From assembly GCA_049999805.1 (NCBI GenBank), contig JBNGIO010005876.1, positions 20,776 through 84,775 on the forward strand: DNA of 64,000 nt, given 5' to 3'. Source of the stretch: Folioceros fuciformis (taxonomy: Eukaryota). Both the position numbers and the translations under genes were made by a program. The notes under the pieces are model-generated. The model did no database searches, was not told the origin of the DNA, and worked only from the letters and a program-made list of their open reading frames with translations. Of this stretch, positions 23,133 through 33,202 are shown piece by piece. The first letter of the stretch is position 1, and each line of letters begins with the position of its first letter.

Positions 23133-26100
23133 CTACAATGTCTTAGCCTTGCACGACTTCGGGGAAGACAGCATCCCCGACAGGAAACTGTGCACCTTTC
23201 CGTCCATGTCTGTCCACCAGCTCTCACCCGGCTGCTTCCATGCCCTGGTTTCTACTCGCGCTGCCTGCATCCTTTGTGCCGATTCCCACATCTTAGCTCC
23301 GGTGTAAATATTCGACATCAAGACATATGCTGCAGCATCTTTCTCATCCAGTTTCACTGCTTCGTTGAAAGCATGGTATCCCACCTCCACATTGCCCCAC
23401 TTTTGGCAAGCACCCAACAGAGTGTGCCAAACTGCAGAGGTAGCCAGTACAGGCATTGTCGTTGCCAAAGCTAGTGCCTCGTCCAGTTGGCCTGCACGGC
23501 CCAGGAGGTCTAGCATGCATGTGTAGTGCTCTACGGTGGGATTAACGCCGTAGTGTGTGGTCATAGACTCGAAGTACTCTCTCCCCCTGTCTACTAGTCC
23601 CGCATGGCTACACACTGTTAGAACACTGAGGAACGTTATGCCAATTGGCTGTTTACCATCACTTCTCATTCTCTGGACCAACTTGAAGACCATTCCACTG
23701 GCCCCTTGACAGGCGTAGCCAGCAATCAGTGCATTCCAGGTGACAACGTCTTTTTCAGGCAACGCATCAAATACCCGCCGTGCATCGATCATGCTTCCAC
23801 ACTTTCCATACATATATATCAAACCATTGGCTACAGACCTATCAGCTTGAAGCCCTTGTTGTTCAACTTGTGCATGTAGCTGTCGTCCAAGCTGCAAGGC
23901 TGCCACATTTGCACATGCCTGCAAGAGGCATACAAATGTCACGGAATCAGGTACCGCTATGCCTTCTTCTTGCATAGCGCTGTAGTGACGAAGGGCTTCC
24001 TGGCTCATGCCCTGGTGCGAATACCCTGCAATTAGAGATGTCCATGTCACCACACTCTTCTGATCAAGTCCGTTGAACACTTCCTGTGCGTCGTCTAGGC
24101 TGCCACACTTTGCATACATGTTCACTAAGCTGTTGGCTACAAACGCATCACTTTCATGTCCCAGTTTTCTGATTTGTGCGTGAAGCTGCTTCCCCTTGTG
24201 CAAAGCTGGAGTGCCCACACTTGCACATGCCTGTAGGAGACAAACAAAGGTGACAGGATCGGGTAGGGCGATCCCTTCTGCCTCCATAACACTGTAAAGT
24301 TCAAGGGCTTCCTGGCCCATGCGCTGCTGGGAATAACCTGCTATCATGGAATTCCAGGTCACCACGTCCTTTTGGCGAAGTCCATCAAACACTATCTGAG
24401 CATCTTCCAAGCTATCACACTTGGCGTACATATTCACCAAACTGTTGGATACAACCACGTCATCTTGATGTCCTAACTCTGTAATTTGCTCATGAAGCTG
24501 CCTCCCTGTCACCAAAGCTGTCGTACCCACACTTGCACATGCCTGCAGTAGGCAAACAAATGTTACAGCATCAGGTACAGCCATGCCATCTTCTTGCATA
24601 GCACTGTACAGATGAAGAGCTTCCTGCCCCATGCCCTGCTGGGAATACCCTCCTATAACTGCATTCCAGGTCACCACATCTTTTTGGCTCAGCCCATCAA
24701 ACACTTTGTGAGCATCTCTTAGGCTGCCACATTTTGCATACATCTTCACCAAGCTGCTGGCTACAAACACATCAGCTCCATGTTCTCGTTCTCTGATTTG
24801 CGCATGAAGCTGCTTTCCTATCTCCAAACCTGGGTTGCCCACACTTGCACATGCCTGTAAGAGACACACAAATGTCACACAATTAGGCTCAATAGTGCCT
24901 CCTTCTTGCATAGTATTGTAGAGATGAAAGGCCTCGTGCAACATGCCCTCGTTGGAACACCCTGCTATCATAGCGTTCCAGGTAACCACATCTTTTCGCC
25001 CCAGTCCAGCAAACTCTTTCTGAGAATCCGCTAGGCTTCCACACTTTGCGTACATGTTCACCAGACTGTTAGCTACAAACAAATCAGCTTCATGTCCTGC
25101 TTCTCTAATTTGTGCATGAAGTTGCTTCCCCATTTCCAATGCTGGGGGACCCACTGTTGCACATGCCTGCAGCAGGCACACAAAAGTTACCGAATTGGGT
25201 ATAGCGATGCCTTCGTCCTGCATAACACTGTAAAGACGAAGGGCTTCATGCCCCATGCCGTGCTGGGAATACCCAGAAATTAGCGCAGTCCATGTCACCA
25301 CATCTTTATGAACCAGTCCTTCGAACACCTTCTGAGCATCTTTCAAGCTGCCGCACTTTGCATACATATGTACTAAATTGTTGGCTACGAACACATCAGC
25401 TTGATATCCTCGGTCTATAATGCACCCATGTAGCTGCTTCCCCACCTCTAAAGCTGCGGGGCCAATACCTGCATATGCCTGCAGGATACAAACAAATGTC
25501 ACAGAATTGGGTAGTGCAAGCCCTTCTTCTTGCATTGAACTGTAAAGGCGATGGGCATGCCAACCCATGCCCTGCTGAGAGTATCCTGTAATTAGGGCAG
25601 TCCAGGTCACCACATCCTTCTGACCAAGTCCATCAAACACTCTCTGACCATCTTCCAGGCTGCCACATTTTGAATACATGTTTACCAGACTGTTGGCCAT
25701 GGACACATCAGCTTGAAGTCCTTGCTCTGCAATTTGAATATGAAGCTGCCTCCCTTCCTCCAAAGCTGGGCTGCCCATACTTGCACATGCCTTCAGGAGG
25801 CACAAAAATGTCACCGCATTGGGAACAGCTGTACCTACGTCTTGCATCGCCCTGTAAAGGTGAAGGGCTTCCTCAGCCATGCCTTGCTGGGAATATCCTG
25901 CTATCATAACATTCCACGTCACCACATCCTTTCGAACTAGCCCGTCAAAGACCCTCTGGGCCTCTTCCAAGCTGTCACACTTTGCATACATGTCGACCAA
26001 ACTGTTCGCTACAAACATGTCATCTTGATATCCTTGATCTCTGATTTGCGCATGGAGTTGCCTCCCCATATCCAGGGCTTTTCTGCCTACACTTGCACAT

Positions 26101-27362
26101 GCCTGAAGGAGGCACATGAATGTCACAACATCGGGAACAGTGACGCCTCCTTCCTGCATCACAGTGTAGAGACGAAGGGCTTCCAGGCCCATACCCTGCT
26201 TGGAATACCCTGCTATCATGGCATTCCACGACACCACGTCTTTTTGACCAAGTTCGTCAAATACTCTCTGTGCATCTGTTAAGCTGCCACACTTCGCATA
26301 CATATTTACCAAACTGTTGGCTACAAACACATCATCTTCATGTCCTTGATCCCGGATTTGTGCATGAATCCCCTTCCCCTTGTCCAAAGCGGAAGGGCCC
26401 ACAGTGGCGCATGCCTGCAGGAGGCATACAAATGTAACAGAATGGGATACAATAACTCCCTTTTCTTGCATAGCGCTGTAAAGACCAAGGGCTTCGTGGC
26501 CCATGCCCTGCTGGGAATACCCTGCGATGAGAGCAGTCCAGGTGATCACATCTTTGTGACCAAGTCCATCAAAAACGGTCTGGGCATCTTTCAAGCTGCC
26601 ACACTTTGCATACATGTTGACTAAGCAAGTTCGGACAAAAAGATCAGACTCCTCACCACTGGCCAGCACATCAGCATGCACCTGCTGCCCAGCTTTCAGG
26701 TCCAATTCCTTTGCACAAGCCTGAAGGGCTGCCACAAAGACATGGCCATCTGGTTTCACGCTGGACCTTCGCATGTGCTGATACAGCTGTATAGCCTCCT
26801 TAGTCTGTCCGTGTTTTGCGTGAGCAGAAATTATGGCAGACCAAGTGAAGGCATCTGGTTCGGGAAGCATTTGTAACACATCCATCGCGTCTTGCAGCCT
26901 GCCATGAGAAGCATACATTCTCAGAAGTTGGGTGCCCAGGAACGTGTCCGACTGATAACCCTGTTCCACCATGAAGGCATGCACTCTGCGACCCAGAACA
27001 AGATCGTTCTGAGCCACACATCTCCTCAAGACAGTGTAGAAGAGAGACTTGGAAAGGCAACGTTCTGTCCGCACTAGAACTCCCAAAGCCTCAACAGCCT
27101 CAGTGACATGGCCCTGATCACATAGCTTGTTCACGAAATCAGCTGTCAAGCCCCCTTCACATCCTGCAGGCCTGCGCCGAGGATCCCACGCTGGCTTGCT
27201 AAGATTGTTCTGCCATAGAACCTCCTGGGACTCCTTTTGCCCGCAGTCAGGCGGACGGGGTCTCCTCTTTTCCCGCCCGCCAAAGCGGGATCCAGAAATG
27301 CTCGATGGCGCCGAAGCACCCGGGGACAGCCCTCGCTGGACAATCCGTTTCCAGCGAGACAT
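23133..27362 (-). CDS. PLS-class PPR protein 3 (1409 aa) with E1/E2 and truncated WW-type DYW start
   Basis: Same triplet architecture; AWKQPGESWWTDMDGKVHSF, then a stop. Confidence 0.95.
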   Translation of the reverse strand: MSRWKRIVQRGLSPGASAPSSISGSRFGGREKRRPRPPDCGQKESQEVLWQNNLSKPAWDPRRRPAGCEGGLTADFVNKLCDQGHVTEAVEALGVLVRTERCLSKSLFYTVLRRCVAQNDLVLGRRVHAFMVEQGYQSDTFLGTQLLRMYASHGRLQDAMDVLQMLPEPDAFTWSAIISAHAKHGQTKEAIQLYQHMRRSSVKPDGHVFVAALQACAKELDLKAGQQVHADVLASGEESDLFVRTCLVNMYAKCGSLKDAQTVFDGLGHKDVITWTALIAGYSQQGMGHEALGLYSAMQEKGVIVSHSVTFVCLLQACATVGPSALDKGKGIHAQIRDQGHEDDVFVANSLVNMYAKCGSLTDAQRVFDELGQKDVVSWNAMIAGYSKQGMGLEALRLYTVMQEGGVTVPDVVTFMCLLQACASVGRKALDMGRQLHAQIRDQGYQDDMFVANSLVDMYAKCDSLEEAQRVFDGLVRKDVVTWNVMIAGYSQQGMAEEALHLYRAMQDVGTAVPNAVTFLCLLKACASMGSPALEEGRQLHIQIAEQGLQADVSMANSLVNMYSKCGSLEDGQRVFDGLGQKDVVTWTALITGYSQQGMGWHAHRLYSSMQEEGLALPNSVTFVCILQAYAGIGPAALEVGKQLHGCIIDRGYQADVFVANNLVHMYAKCGSLKDAQKVFEGLVHKDVVTWTALISGYSQHGMGHEALRLYSVMQDEGIAIPNSVTFVCLLQACATVGPPALEMGKQLHAQIREAGHEADLFVANSLVNMYAKCGSLADSQKEFAGLGRKDVVTWNAMIAGCSNEGMLHEAFHLYNTMQEGGTIEPNCVTFVCLLQACASVGNPGLEIGKQLHAQIREREHGADVFVASSLVKMYAKCGSLRDAHKVFDGLSQKDVVTWNAVIGGYSQQGMGQEALHLYSAMQEDGMAVPDAVTFVCLLQACASVGTTALVTGRQLHEQITELGHQDDVVVSNSLVNMYAKCDSLEDAQIVFDGLRQKDVVTWNSMIAGYSQQRMGQEALELYSVMEAEGIALPDPVTFVCLLQACASVGTPALHKGKQLHAQIRKLGHESDAFVANSLVNMYAKCGSLDDAQEVFNGLDQKSVVTWTSLIAGYSHQGMSQEALRHYSAMQEEGIAVPDSVTFVCLLQACANVAALQLGRQLHAQVEQQGLQADRSVANGLIYMYGKCGSMIDARRVFDALPEKDVVTWNALIAGYACQGASGMVFKLVQRMRSDGKQPIGITFLSVLTVCSHAGLVDRGREYFESMTTHYGVNPTVEHYTCMLDLLGRAGQLDEALALATTMPVLATSAVWHTLLGACQKWGNVEVGYHAFNEAVKLDEKDAAAYVLMSNIYTGAKMWESAQRMQAARVETRAWKQPGESWWTDMDGKVHSFLSGMLSSPKSCKAKTL

Positions 27363-28170
27363 GCTCTAGGAGGAGCTGGGTTTCTCGCAAGGGCGATGGA
27401 TTGCTGATTACCCAGAGGTTGCCTCCTTGCAGTGAGCTGTGGGCGGGCTCTTCCAATCATACACTTCGAGCCACCCATCGTTCGCAGGAGCACGCTCAAC
27501 AATGGATACAATGTTGCCAATCACCTGGTAAGCAAAAAGGGGTTCACAGGAGCTGCCACCGGGAATGATGGTAAGGTCAGATCTGCGACCCAGACGCGCA
27601 ACACCAAATCGATTCTACTCAGGCAGCGTCCATGACAAGGACAAAAGTACGTACATACGAGCACTACAGCAGGCAAAAACGCAAGTAGCCCCTGGAAGTT
27701 CTGGAACAGTCCATGTGAGAGACCTTGCTCGGGCAACAGTAGCCAGCACACCTTCGGTCCTATCCAACATCGAGTAAGCAGAGAGTGTGTAGTAGAAGTA
27801 CAATGTTGGGAACGGGCGACTTTACATCCAGCGGGTTGAGGACTCCAGCTATTACAAAATCGGTAGTAGATCTACGTACATGATTTTACCTGTGCTCTCC
27901 GCATCTCACAACTGGCAGCATAGGAACCTGTGTGAAATCGCCAACGCAAGTTTCACACTGGTCTTGCTTTCCTGTGCCCATATTGCTTGTTTCCAGTGTA
28001 CATATTGCTTGTTCCCTATGCAGGTTGTACAAGTTGCTTCCCAAGATATGTTCACACGTGGTCAGTGATGATTTGTCGAGACAGCGTCGGGGTGTGAGGT
28101 TTAGGGCAGACGCATTGGACCTCGACACAGATGAGATGATACGGGCCACCTTGTTCAATCGACGACCTAC

Positions 28171-31100
28171 CTATTTCAGTCTTGCCTGACTCGTGGAATC
28201 ATTCTCATCACCAACCAAAAAGCTATGCACCTCGCCGTACATGTCTGTCCACCAGCTCTGACCTGGCTTTTTCCATGCCCCGATGCTCACTCTCCTTGTT
28301 TGCGTTTTCTGTGCCTGCTCCCACATTTGAGCACCGGTGTATATACTGGACATCAACACATAAGCGGCTGAATCCTTGCTGTCCAACTTCAACGCTTCAT
28401 TGAAAGCATGGCGTCCGATCTCCACGTTCCTCCATTTTCGACAAGCAGCCAAGAGACTATGCCAGACAGCAGAATTAGGCGGTACCGCCATTGTGCTTAC
28501 CAACCCTAGTGCTTCATCCAAATGGCCCGCACGGGCCAGGAGGTCGACCATGCACGTATAGTGATCCACTGTGGGAGTGATGCCATAGTGTTCACGCATA
28601 GTCATAAAGAACTCTCTACCCTCGTTCACAAGACCTGCATGACTACATGCTGTCAGTACACTAAGGAATGTGACCCCCTCTGGCTCCATGCCATCCTCCT
28701 TCATCGTCTCGACCAAGTCAAAGACAACTGCGCTGTATCCTTGACAGGCGTAGCCTGCAATCAGCGCACTCCAGGCAATACCGTCTCTCTGGGGTAACCC
28801 GTCAAACACCACCTGTGCATCCAACATGCTTCCGGATTTTCCATACATGTTTATCAAACTGCTGGCCACAAACACATCCGATTGAAGACCTTGTTCCTCA
28901 ATCTGCGCATGTAGCTGCCTTCCCATATGCAAAGCCGCCACGTCTGCACATGCCTGTAAGAGGCTTACAAAAGTCACAGAATCTGGAACAGAGAGGCCGT
29001 CTTCTTGCATTGAACTGTAACGACGAAGGGATTCGTGGCCCATGCCCTGCTGGGAATACCCCGCAATTAGAGTCGTCCACGTGACGACATCCTTTTCAAC
29101 AAGTCCGTCAAACACTTTCTGAGCGTCTTCAAGGTCGCCACACTTCGCATACATGTTCACTAAACTGTTGCCTACACACACATCCGCTTCGTATCCTAGT
29201 TCTCTGATCTGTGCGTGAAGCTGCTTCCCTTTATCCAAAGCTGAGCTGCCGGCACTTGCACATGCCTGCAGGAGGCACACAAATGTCACATAATCAGGTG
29301 AAGTGGTGCCTTCATCCTGCATAACACGGTACAGAATAAGGGCTTCCTGGCTCATGCCCTGCTGGGAATATCCAGCTATCATAGCATTCCAGGTCACCAC
29401 ATCCTTATGTCTAAGTCCATCAAACACTTTCTGAGCATCTTCCAAGCTCCCACATTTTGCATACATGTTTACCATACTGTTTGCTACAAACACATCACCT
29501 TGATGCCCACACGCTCTAATCTGTGCATGGAGATCCTTGCCCCTGTCCAAGGCTGGTGACCCCACATTTGCACATGCCTGCAGGAGGCACGCGAATGTCA
29601 CAGAATCAGGTACTGCAATGCCTTCTTCTTGCATAGCACTGTAAAGACTAAGAGCTTCGTGCCCCATGCCCTGCTGGAAGTAACCTGTAATGAGAGCAGT
29701 CCAAGTCACTACATCTTTTTTAGCGAGTCCATCAAACACAATCCGAGCATCCTGCAAGCTGCCACACTTTGCATACATGTTCACCAGGCTGCTCCCTACA
29801 AACAGATCAGCTTGATGTCCTCGTTCCCTGATTTGAGCATGAAGCTCCTTCCCCTTCTCCAAACCTGGGCTGCCGACAACTGCACACGCCTGCAGGAGGG
29901 ACACAAATGTTAAGGAATCAGGTGCAGCAATGTCCGCTTCTTGCATATCACTATAAAGGCGAAGGGCTTCCTGCCCCCTGCCCTGCCGAGAACACCCCGC
30001 TATTATGGAATTCCATGTCACTACATCTTTTTCAACTAGTGTGTCAAACACTCTCTGAGCGTCCTCTAGGCTGCCACACTTTGCGTACATGTTTACCAAA
30101 CTGTTGGCAACAAAAACATCACCTTGGTGTCCCCTTTCTCTAATTTCCGCATGAAGCTCCTTGCCCTTATCCAAAGCAGGAGTCCCTATACTTGCACATG
30201 CCTGCAGGAGGCACACAAATGTTACCGTACTCGGTACAGCTATGCCTTCCTCTTGCATAGCACTGTAGAGACGAAGCGCTTTCTGACCCAAGCCCTGCTG
30301 GGAATATGCTGCCAAAAGGACAGTCCATGTCACCACATCCTTATGGCAAAGTGAATCAAACACCCTCTGAGAATCTTCTACGCTACCACACTTTGCATAC
30401 ATGTTTACCAAACTATTGGCAACAACAACATCCGCTTCATATTGCTGTTCCCTGATTTGTACATGAATTTGCCTCCCCCTCTCCAAAGCTGAGGTTCCCA
30501 CACTTGCACATGCCTGCAGAAGGCAAACAAACGTCACAGAGTCGGGTGCAACAATCCCATCTTCCAGCATAACACTGTAGAGGCGAAGGGCTTCCTGGAC
30601 TTTGCCCTGCTGGTAACACCCTGTTATCATGGCATTCCACGACCCCACATCTTTCTGATGGAGTCCTTCAAACACCTCCTGAGCATCCTCTAAACCGCCA
30701 CACTTTGCATACATGTTCACCAAACTGTTGGCTACAAACACATCAGCTTGATGTCTCCCTTCTCTAATTTGCCCATGAAGCTGCTTTCCTTTCTCCAAAG
30801 CCAAGGAGCCCAAACTTGCACATGCCTGCAGGACACCCAAAAATGTCACAGGATTGGGGGCAGTCTCACCTTGCTCTTGCATGACACTGTAAAGATGAAG
30901 GGCTTCGTGGCCCATGCCCTGTTGGGAATATCCTCCTATCATGGCATTCCATGTCACCACATCCTTTTGGCTAAGTCCGTCAAACAGTGTCTGAGCATCT
31001 TCCAAGCTGCCACACTTAGCATACATGTTCACCAAACTGTTGGCTACAAACGTGTCACCTTGGTGTCCTCTTTCTCGGATTTGCTCGTGAAGCTGCTTCC

Positions 31101-32121
31101 CGATCTCCAGAGCTGAGGTCCCCACTCTTGCACACGCCTGGAGGAGGCATACAAATGTCACGGAATTGGGTACTGCGATACCTCCTTGTTGCATGGCTCT
31201 GTAAAGAAGCAGAGCCTTCTGCCCCATGCCGTGGTGGGAGTATCCTGCAATCAAAGCAGTCCACGTCACGACATCTTTGTCACCGAGTCCATCAAACACT
31301 CTCTGAGCATTCTCCAAGCTGCCACACTTGGCGTACATGTTCACTAAGCAAGTACACACAAACAAATCAGGCTCAACGCCACTGGCCAACAAATCAGCAT
31401 GCACCTGCAGCCCAGATTTCAAATCTCCTCCCCTTGAACAAGCTTGAAGAGCCGACACGAACACATGACCATCGGGTTTCACACTGGAGCCGCGCATCCG
31501 ATGGTACAGCTGCAAGGCCTGCCTGTCCTGCCCTTGTTTCACATGCGCAGAAATGATGGCAGACCACGTGAAGGCCTCTGGTTTGGGAACCATTGCAAAT
31601 ACATCCATCGCCTCTTGCAACCGGCCATGAGAAGCATACATGCGCAAGATGTGGGTCCCCAGGAACGTATCCGACTGCAACCCCTTTGCCACCGTGAAAG
31701 CATGGACGCGGCGACCCCGAACAAGATCCTTCCCCGCTACGCATTTTTTCAGCACTGTGTAAAAGAGGGGTCTAGAAATAACGCATTCCATCTGCTGCAC
31801 CAACACTCCCAGAGCCTCGACAGCCTCAGCCAAGCACCCCTCATCACACAGCTGACTCACGGTTCTGAGCATCACCCCAGTTTCGCATCCTGCAGGCCTG
31901 CGAGACCCATCATCATCCGGCAAGCTCCATGTGGATTTGAAGAAATTCATCTGGCCATCCAGGTCACCCACCCAGGCCCAAGCTTGCTTGTGTAAATTTT
32001 TGAGCCAGGGGATCTCCCGGAGCTTCGTTGGAAACGTGCTGTATTTGGCAATTTCGTTCATTGCACTCATGTGGGCGGGAGCCCTTCCTACAATGCGCGT
32101 TACCACGCTCCAGGTAGCCAT
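28171..32121 (-). CDS. PLS-class PPR protein 4 (1316 aa) with E1/E2 and truncated WW-type DYW start
   Basis: Same architecture; AWKKPGQSWWTDMYGEVHSFLVGD, then a stop. Confidence 0.95.
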   Translation of the reverse strand: MATWSVVTRIVGRAPAHMSAMNEIAKYSTFPTKLREIPWLKNLHKQAWAWVGDLDGQMNFFKSTWSLPDDDGSRRPAGCETGVMLRTVSQLCDEGCLAEAVEALGVLVQQMECVISRPLFYTVLKKCVAGKDLVRGRRVHAFTVAKGLQSDTFLGTHILRMYASHGRLQEAMDVFAMVPKPEAFTWSAIISAHVKQGQDRQALQLYHRMRGSSVKPDGHVFVSALQACSRGGDLKSGLQVHADLLASGVEPDLFVCTCLVNMYAKCGSLENAQRVFDGLGDKDVVTWTALIAGYSHHGMGQKALLLYRAMQQGGIAVPNSVTFVCLLQACARVGTSALEIGKQLHEQIRERGHQGDTFVANSLVNMYAKCGSLEDAQTLFDGLSQKDVVTWNAMIGGYSQQGMGHEALHLYSVMQEQGETAPNPVTFLGVLQACASLGSLALEKGKQLHGQIREGRHQADVFVANSLVNMYAKCGGLEDAQEVFEGLHQKDVGSWNAMITGCYQQGKVQEALRLYSVMLEDGIVAPDSVTFVCLLQACASVGTSALERGRQIHVQIREQQYEADVVVANSLVNMYAKCGSVEDSQRVFDSLCHKDVVTWTVLLAAYSQQGLGQKALRLYSAMQEEGIAVPSTVTFVCLLQACASIGTPALDKGKELHAEIRERGHQGDVFVANSLVNMYAKCGSLEDAQRVFDTLVEKDVVTWNSIIAGCSRQGRGQEALRLYSDMQEADIAAPDSLTFVSLLQACAVVGSPGLEKGKELHAQIRERGHQADLFVGSSLVNMYAKCGSLQDARIVFDGLAKKDVVTWTALITGYFQQGMGHEALSLYSAMQEEGIAVPDSVTFACLLQACANVGSPALDRGKDLHAQIRACGHQGDVFVANSMVNMYAKCGSLEDAQKVFDGLRHKDVVTWNAMIAGYSQQGMSQEALILYRVMQDEGTTSPDYVTFVCLLQACASAGSSALDKGKQLHAQIRELGYEADVCVGNSLVNMYAKCGDLEDAQKVFDGLVEKDVVTWTTLIAGYSQQGMGHESLRRYSSMQEDGLSVPDSVTFVSLLQACADVAALHMGRQLHAQIEEQGLQSDVFVASSLINMYGKSGSMLDAQVVFDGLPQRDGIAWSALIAGYACQGYSAVVFDLVETMKEDGMEPEGVTFLSVLTACSHAGLVNEGREFFMTMREHYGITPTVDHYTCMVDLLARAGHLDEALGLVSTMAVPPNSAVWHSLLAACRKWRNVEIGRHAFNEALKLDSKDSAAYVLMSSIYTGAQMWEQAQKTQTRRVSIGAWKKPGQSWWTDMYGEVHSFLVGDENDSTSQARLK

Positions 32122-32499
32122 GCCCCAGGAATACCTTGTGAATCACCTGTGGCTGCCACAGTGCCGTCGCCTGCAGGGAATGGCATCCGAATGCGCAATG
32201 CACCGATTCTGTAGATGCCTTCAAGTCTTTAGAATAGCAGGCAGACTTGAAGCTCAGCCTTTCCCACATATCCAGCTGAACCCGACTTGCATGGAGCCGA
32301 CGCTACCGCATGTTCTGATACGCAAAACGTTGGAGCCAGAGCGATCGGTAGCTTCCAAATATGCATCAAATGGTCGGCACGTTTCCAAATTTTGAGCCAG
32401 GCTCCATTTACTCATAACTAGTCCGGGAGACAAACGGTACTCTCGGACACAGGTGTGGAACGTACGGATTTCCACCTTGAGATTGCTACACCTTTTCAT

Positions 32500-33005
32500 G
32501 AGCCCTTATGTAGTGTGCCAAACTCCAGGTGTAGTGTGCCAAACTGCAGCATCACTATGCAGTAAGCATATCTTCACTAAAGCTCATTGTGCAGTAGGTA
32601 TATCTTACTAAAGCTCATTGTGCAATAGACATCATCTTCACTAAAGCTTACTATGCCTTAGACATCATCTCATATGACAATAGCATGGTTCCAAGCATTG
32701 TTTATGCGAGCTTTGTCGTCCCAAGTATTGATGCAAGCTTTCTCGTCCCAAGCTTTCATGCAAGCTTTCTCATTCCAAGCATTGTTTATGCGAGCTTTCT
32801 CGTCCTAAGCATTGATGCATGTTTTCTCGTCCTAAGCATTGATGCAAGCTTTCTCGTCTCAAGCTTTGACATAAGCTTTCTCATCCCAAGCATTGACATA
32901 AGCTTTCTCATCCCAAACATTGACATAAGCTTTCCCATCCCAAGCATTGATGCAAGCGTTCTCATTCCAAGTTTTGATCCAAGCTTCTTCTTTCCAAGCA
33001 TCCTC
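32500..33005. repeat. Tandem repeats: short duplications (gtagtgtgccaaact; actaaagctcattgtgc), then a ~24-27-bp array TCCCAAGCATTGATGCAAGCTTTCTC
   Basis: About a dozen visible copies at 32688-33000. Confidence 0.85.
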
Positions 33006-33202
33006 ATTCCAATTCTCCAACCAAAAATTCATCCTTTAGACTTTGATAAAATTTTCTGTTCATTGTTTATGAGATGTTTCAACTTTGATGCTGTAAATAT
33101 TGTCCATAAGATGAAGACCACCACTTCATTTAGAAGAAGAGATATTCCTTAATTATTCAGAAAATTCCCTAAACTTCTATTGTAATATAGCTCACGACTC
33201 CT

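Noticed and set aside
32685-33152. 155-aa ORF of VPSIDASFL-type repeats
   Set aside because: Open only because the repeat unit length is a multiple of 3; no other coding evidence.
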